DNA of 15,535 nt, from positions 1-15,535 of the forward strand of contig CAYJWT010000015.1 of NCBI GenBank assembly GCA_964373935.1. The letters run 5' to 3'. Under the pieces are notes generated by a model, which saw nothing but the letters and a program-made list of their open reading frames with translations, was not told the DNA's origin and did no database searches. Shown piece after piece: positions 13,840 to 15,535 of this stretch (the first letter of the stretch is position 1; each line of letters opens with the position of its first letter). The translations under genes were made by a program, and so were the position numbers. Source of the stretch: an uncultured archaeon (GTDB taxonomy: Archaea > Iainarchaeota > Iainarchaeia > Iainarchaeales > CAYJWT01).

Positions 13840-13870
13840 AAAGAGAATATATATTAGTTTTATATTGGTT
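13840..13870 (-). promoter_or_regulatory. Putative TATA box and BRE for rio1. On the minus strand, CCAATATAAAACTAATATATATTCTC sits about 20-45 nt upstream of ATG 13823.
   Basis: An AT-rich TATAAAA-like element at the leaderless-promoter distance. Positional evidence only. Confidence 0.3.
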
Positions 13871-14134
13871 TTTTTTATGAAGCCGGTGAAAAGAAAATCT
13901 TTTGAGGGATCGGCAATAAAGCCCTAGGTGGCATTGGTCACAGAACAAAGTCCGGAAAAAATTATTAATATAAAATGAACAAAATTAGGAAGTGGGCATT
14001 TCCAAAAACAGGCCATGATAAAAACAAAACAATGGCAGTCCTTGCTTTCTGCAGAAATCATTTTGTAAAACACCAAGAGCTTCCAGCAAGAGAAGATTTG
14101 AGAAGAATTTTCAAATTTTGACAATTCTGTTTTT

Positions 14135-14530
14135 TTACCATTTTTCCATTTTCAGGCCTTTTATCCTGGAAAAGTGTTTTATGTTTCTTGTGACAATTTT
14201 TTCGTTGTTTGAAATGGCAATTGCTGCAATTGCAATGTCCTGGAAGTCTATTATTTTTCCTTTTTTTGTTAATTCAGCAGAAATCTCTGCAGCGATTTTT
14301 GACGCAAATTGGTTCAGTGCAAAAACCCCGAATGCCTGGACTAGGTTTTCAATCTTTTTAGAGTTTTCATCAGCGTTGGAGCTCAGAAAAGCCCCCGCCA
14401 ATATTTCGAACATATTTATTACTGTAGTATTAATTTTTTCGCCTGTTTTTACAATATTTTCCATTGAATAAAGCGCTTCCTTATCTCCCCTCAGGAAACC
14501 AACCAAAATATCAGAATCCAGTACTACCAT
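14135..14530 (-). CDS. vapC: PIN-domain ribonuclease toxin VapC.
   Basis: The conserved acidic residues are in PIN order: VLDSDIL, NMFEIL, IDFQDIAIAAIA and TRNIKHF. The gene overlaps the upstream antitoxin gene by 7 nt. Confidence 0.85.
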   Translation of the reverse strand: MVVLDSDILVGFLRGDKEALYSMENIVKTGEKINTTVINMFEILAGAFLSSNADENSKKIENLVQAFGVFALNQFASKIAAEISAELTKKGKIIDFQDIAIAAIAISNNEKIVTRNIKHFSRIKGLKMEKW

Positions 14531-14757
14531 TTTAACGCCTTTTTTGCTGGCTTGCTGTGCCTTTCCCTTAAAATTTTTTCAAAAATTTTCCCAATATCAG
14601 GGTCATCCTTGAGAGCACCAAAAGAATCCCTCCAGGATGGCTTGCCAGTGTCTTTTTCAAGCAGCCTCAAAACCACACTCGAAAAAGATTCATTCTCCCT
14701 TTTTATTCTAGAAATCTCTGAATAGGCTTTTTCAGAAAGCGCAACATTCCTTGCCAT
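14524..14757 (-). CDS. vapB: VapB-type antitoxin (archaeal COG1753-like) of about 77 aa from ATG 14757. The track start at 14769 adds MHIH.
   Basis: MARNVALSEKAYSEISRIKRENESFSSVVLRLLEK matches the archaeal antitoxin pattern (M.ktI.vsdevYe.Lk.lK.e..SFSdvI..Ll.). It lies immediately upstream of and overlapping vapC. Confidence 0.7.
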   Translation of the reverse strand: MARNVALSEKAYSEISRIKRENESFSSVVLRLLEKDTGKPSWRDSFGALKDDPDIGKIFEKILRERHSKPAKKALKW

Positions 14758-14778
14758 ATGTATATGCATATGTATAAT
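14755..14778. promoter_or_regulatory. Palindromic CATATG/ATATGCATAT cluster overlapping the vapB start codons. Candidate autoregulatory operator. An AT-rich TATA-like stretch lies just upstream on the minus strand.
   Basis: There is a perfect 10-bp palindrome ATATGCATAT (14762-14771) inside the imperfect 20-bp palindrome TATGTATATGCATATGTATA. Antitoxins commonly bind operators overlapping their own promoter. Confidence 0.35.
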
Positions 14779-14810
14779 ATATTAAAAATTTTTCTGTTCC
14801 TTGTTTGATA

Positions 14811-14847
14811 TAAAAAAGCAAAACTAAAAAGTTATTTGTTTAGTTTA
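14811..14847 (-). terminator. Hairpin plus U-tract immediately after the aIF-1A stop codon.
   Basis: On the minus strand, AAACUAAA-CAAAUAACUU-UUUAGUUU (8-bp stem, 14821-14846, overlapping the stop at 14845-14847) is followed by UGCUUUUUUAUAU. Confidence 0.5.
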
Positions 14848-15156
14848 CAGCGGCAATCCCTGCAGTTTCCCGCTTCTTTTCAGCCATTCTGTCTGGTTGC
14901 CCAAATATCTCCAGATTACGTCTGCCTTGCTTGGCTGGAAATCCCAGACTCTTACTATTACAATGTCCCTCTGCCTCAGCCACACCCTTTTCTTGAGCTT
15001 TCCCGGTATCCTGCAGTTCCTTTCCAATCCATCCTGGCAGAACACTTTTACCTGTGTTGCTCCCATTAACTGTGTCACAACCCCGAACATTTCAAGTTCT
15101 GCTGCTTTTGGCAGCCTTACCCTCACAATTTCCTCATCGCTTTTTTCAAAACCCAA
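14845..15156 (-). CDS. eif1a: Translation initiation factor aIF-1A (eIF-1A). The start is TTG.
   Basis: EEIVRVRLP...EMFGVVTQLMGATQVKVFCQDGLERNCRIPGKLKKRVWLRQRDIVIVRVWDFQPSKADVIWRY matches the aIF-1A OB-fold nearly residue for residue. The first in-frame ATG would delete the conserved N-terminus. GAGAGTGAG is SD-like, and the start lies 12 nt after the upstream stop. Confidence 0.9.
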   Translation of the reverse strand: MGFEKSDEEIVRVRLPKAAELEMFGVVTQLMGATQVKVFCQDGLERNCRIPGKLKKRVWLRQRDIVIVRVWDFQPSKADVIWRYLGNQTEWLKRSGKLQGLPL

Positions 15157-15168
15157 TTTTTCTCACTC

Positions 15169-15486
15169 TCAAATCATGAATATTTGCGCGTGCGCGATTT
15201 TCTGAATGTACAGAATGCTTTTCTCGTCCACAATATTTTCCTCAACAGCTATTTTCACTGTTTTGTTTCCAATCAAGTTTATGTTGCCAAAGCTTTTAAG
15301 TTTTTCCCGCAGCTGTTTTTCGGTTATTTTTTCGCCCGCATAAAATTTTTCGCTCACAAAAAACTCTATTGCGCCCTCTCTGAGGGTTTTTCCCGCAATC
15401 TCCTCATCGCACGCCGCAAAAACAGTTCCCATGGTGGATTTATGCGTTTTACAGTAAATAGCTATCACTTCTTTGTTCCCCTGCAA
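15169..15486 (-). CDS. Conserved small soluble protein of about 105 aa, first gene of the minus-strand cluster. There is a weak resemblance to DUF424-type archaeal proteins, but it is not confidently recognised.
   Basis: An ORF with ordinary composition (VIAIYCKTHKSTMGTVFAACDEEIAGKTLREGAIEFFVSEKFYAGE...). It is tightly coupled to aIF-1A. The start codon is ambiguous, between TTG at 15486 per the track and an ATG about 5 nt upstream in the printed sequence. Confidence 0.5.
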   Translation of the reverse strand: MQGNKEVIAIYCKTHKSTMGTVFAACDEEIAGKTLREGAIEFFVSEKFYAGEKITEKQLREKLKSFGNINLIGNKTVKIAVEENIVDEKSILYIQKIAHAQIFMI

Positions 15487-15504
15487 CGCATTTTTTTCAC
15501 AACC

Positions 15505-15535
15505 CCTGCCAACTGCTGGTTGGCGTCAGCGCACC
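15505..15535 (-). repeat. Copy 2 of the 31-nt exact direct repeat, about 19 nt upstream of the start of the 15169-15486 gene. It runs to the window edge and may be longer.
   Basis: Identical to 10643-10673. On the mRNA strand it is followed by AGGGG, then UUGUGAAAAAAAUG. Confidence 0.6.

Noticed and set aside
13900-14100. C/D-box sRNA candidate in the 310-nt spacer, with ATGATA and CTGC-like boxes.
   Set aside because: The boxes are one mismatch off consensus (RUGAUGA / CUGA). No terminal stem or guide complementarity was evident.
13924-14124. 66-aa Cys-rich ORF in the vapC-rio1 spacer.
   Set aside because: It is a low-complexity hydrophobic or Cys-rich translation in an A+T-rich spacer with no start context. 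It is more likely non-coding promoter or ncRNA space.
1-15535. CRISPR arrays, IS elements with terminal inverted repeats, rRNA genes.
   Set aside because: No regularly spaced direct repeats, no transposase-like ORFs and no rRNA-like conserved stretches were seen. The only notable dispersed repeat is the 31-nt element reported above.

Overview
This looks like a compact archaeal chromosome segment. The evidence is topoisomerase VI subunits A and B, aIF-1A, a Rio1 kinase, a two-KH-domain (aDim2-like) protein, and an intron-containing tRNA. Proteins are Lys/Glu-rich, many genes overlap at their start and stop codons, and several genes appear to start with TTG or GTG. The + strand (1-2588) carries a tightly coupled module. 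It consists of two TM proteins with SHOCT-like cytoplasmic tails, a KaiC/RecA-like ATPase and a small membrane protein. Positions 2604-4137 form an A+T-rich islet abutting the 3' end of a minus-strand tRNA-Cys(GCA) gene. It is bounded by an 11-bp direct repeat of the tRNA 3' end and carries a DUF4258/DUF2283 toxin-antitoxin-like pair plus two orphan ORFs. The tRNA-Cys gene has an 88-nt intron at the canonical 37/38 position. The middle of the window encodes a ZnF-UBP-like mini-protein, an Mre11/SbcD-family nuclease, ADP-forming acetyl-CoA synthetase alpha, CutA, a stand-alone EF-1alpha domain-II-like beta-barrel, an SPFH/stomatin protein and a hexulose-phosphate-synthase-family protein. The minus strand from 15486 to 9484 is a conserved information-processing cluster: small conserved protein, aIF-1A, Rio1, KH protein, Top6B, Top6A. 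It is interrupted by an inserted vapBC (PIN) module. A 31-nt exact direct repeat with an internal 6-bp hairpin sits immediately upstream of both the Top6A start and the first gene of that cluster. All calls come from reading the sequence and recalling family motifs. No database search was possible.
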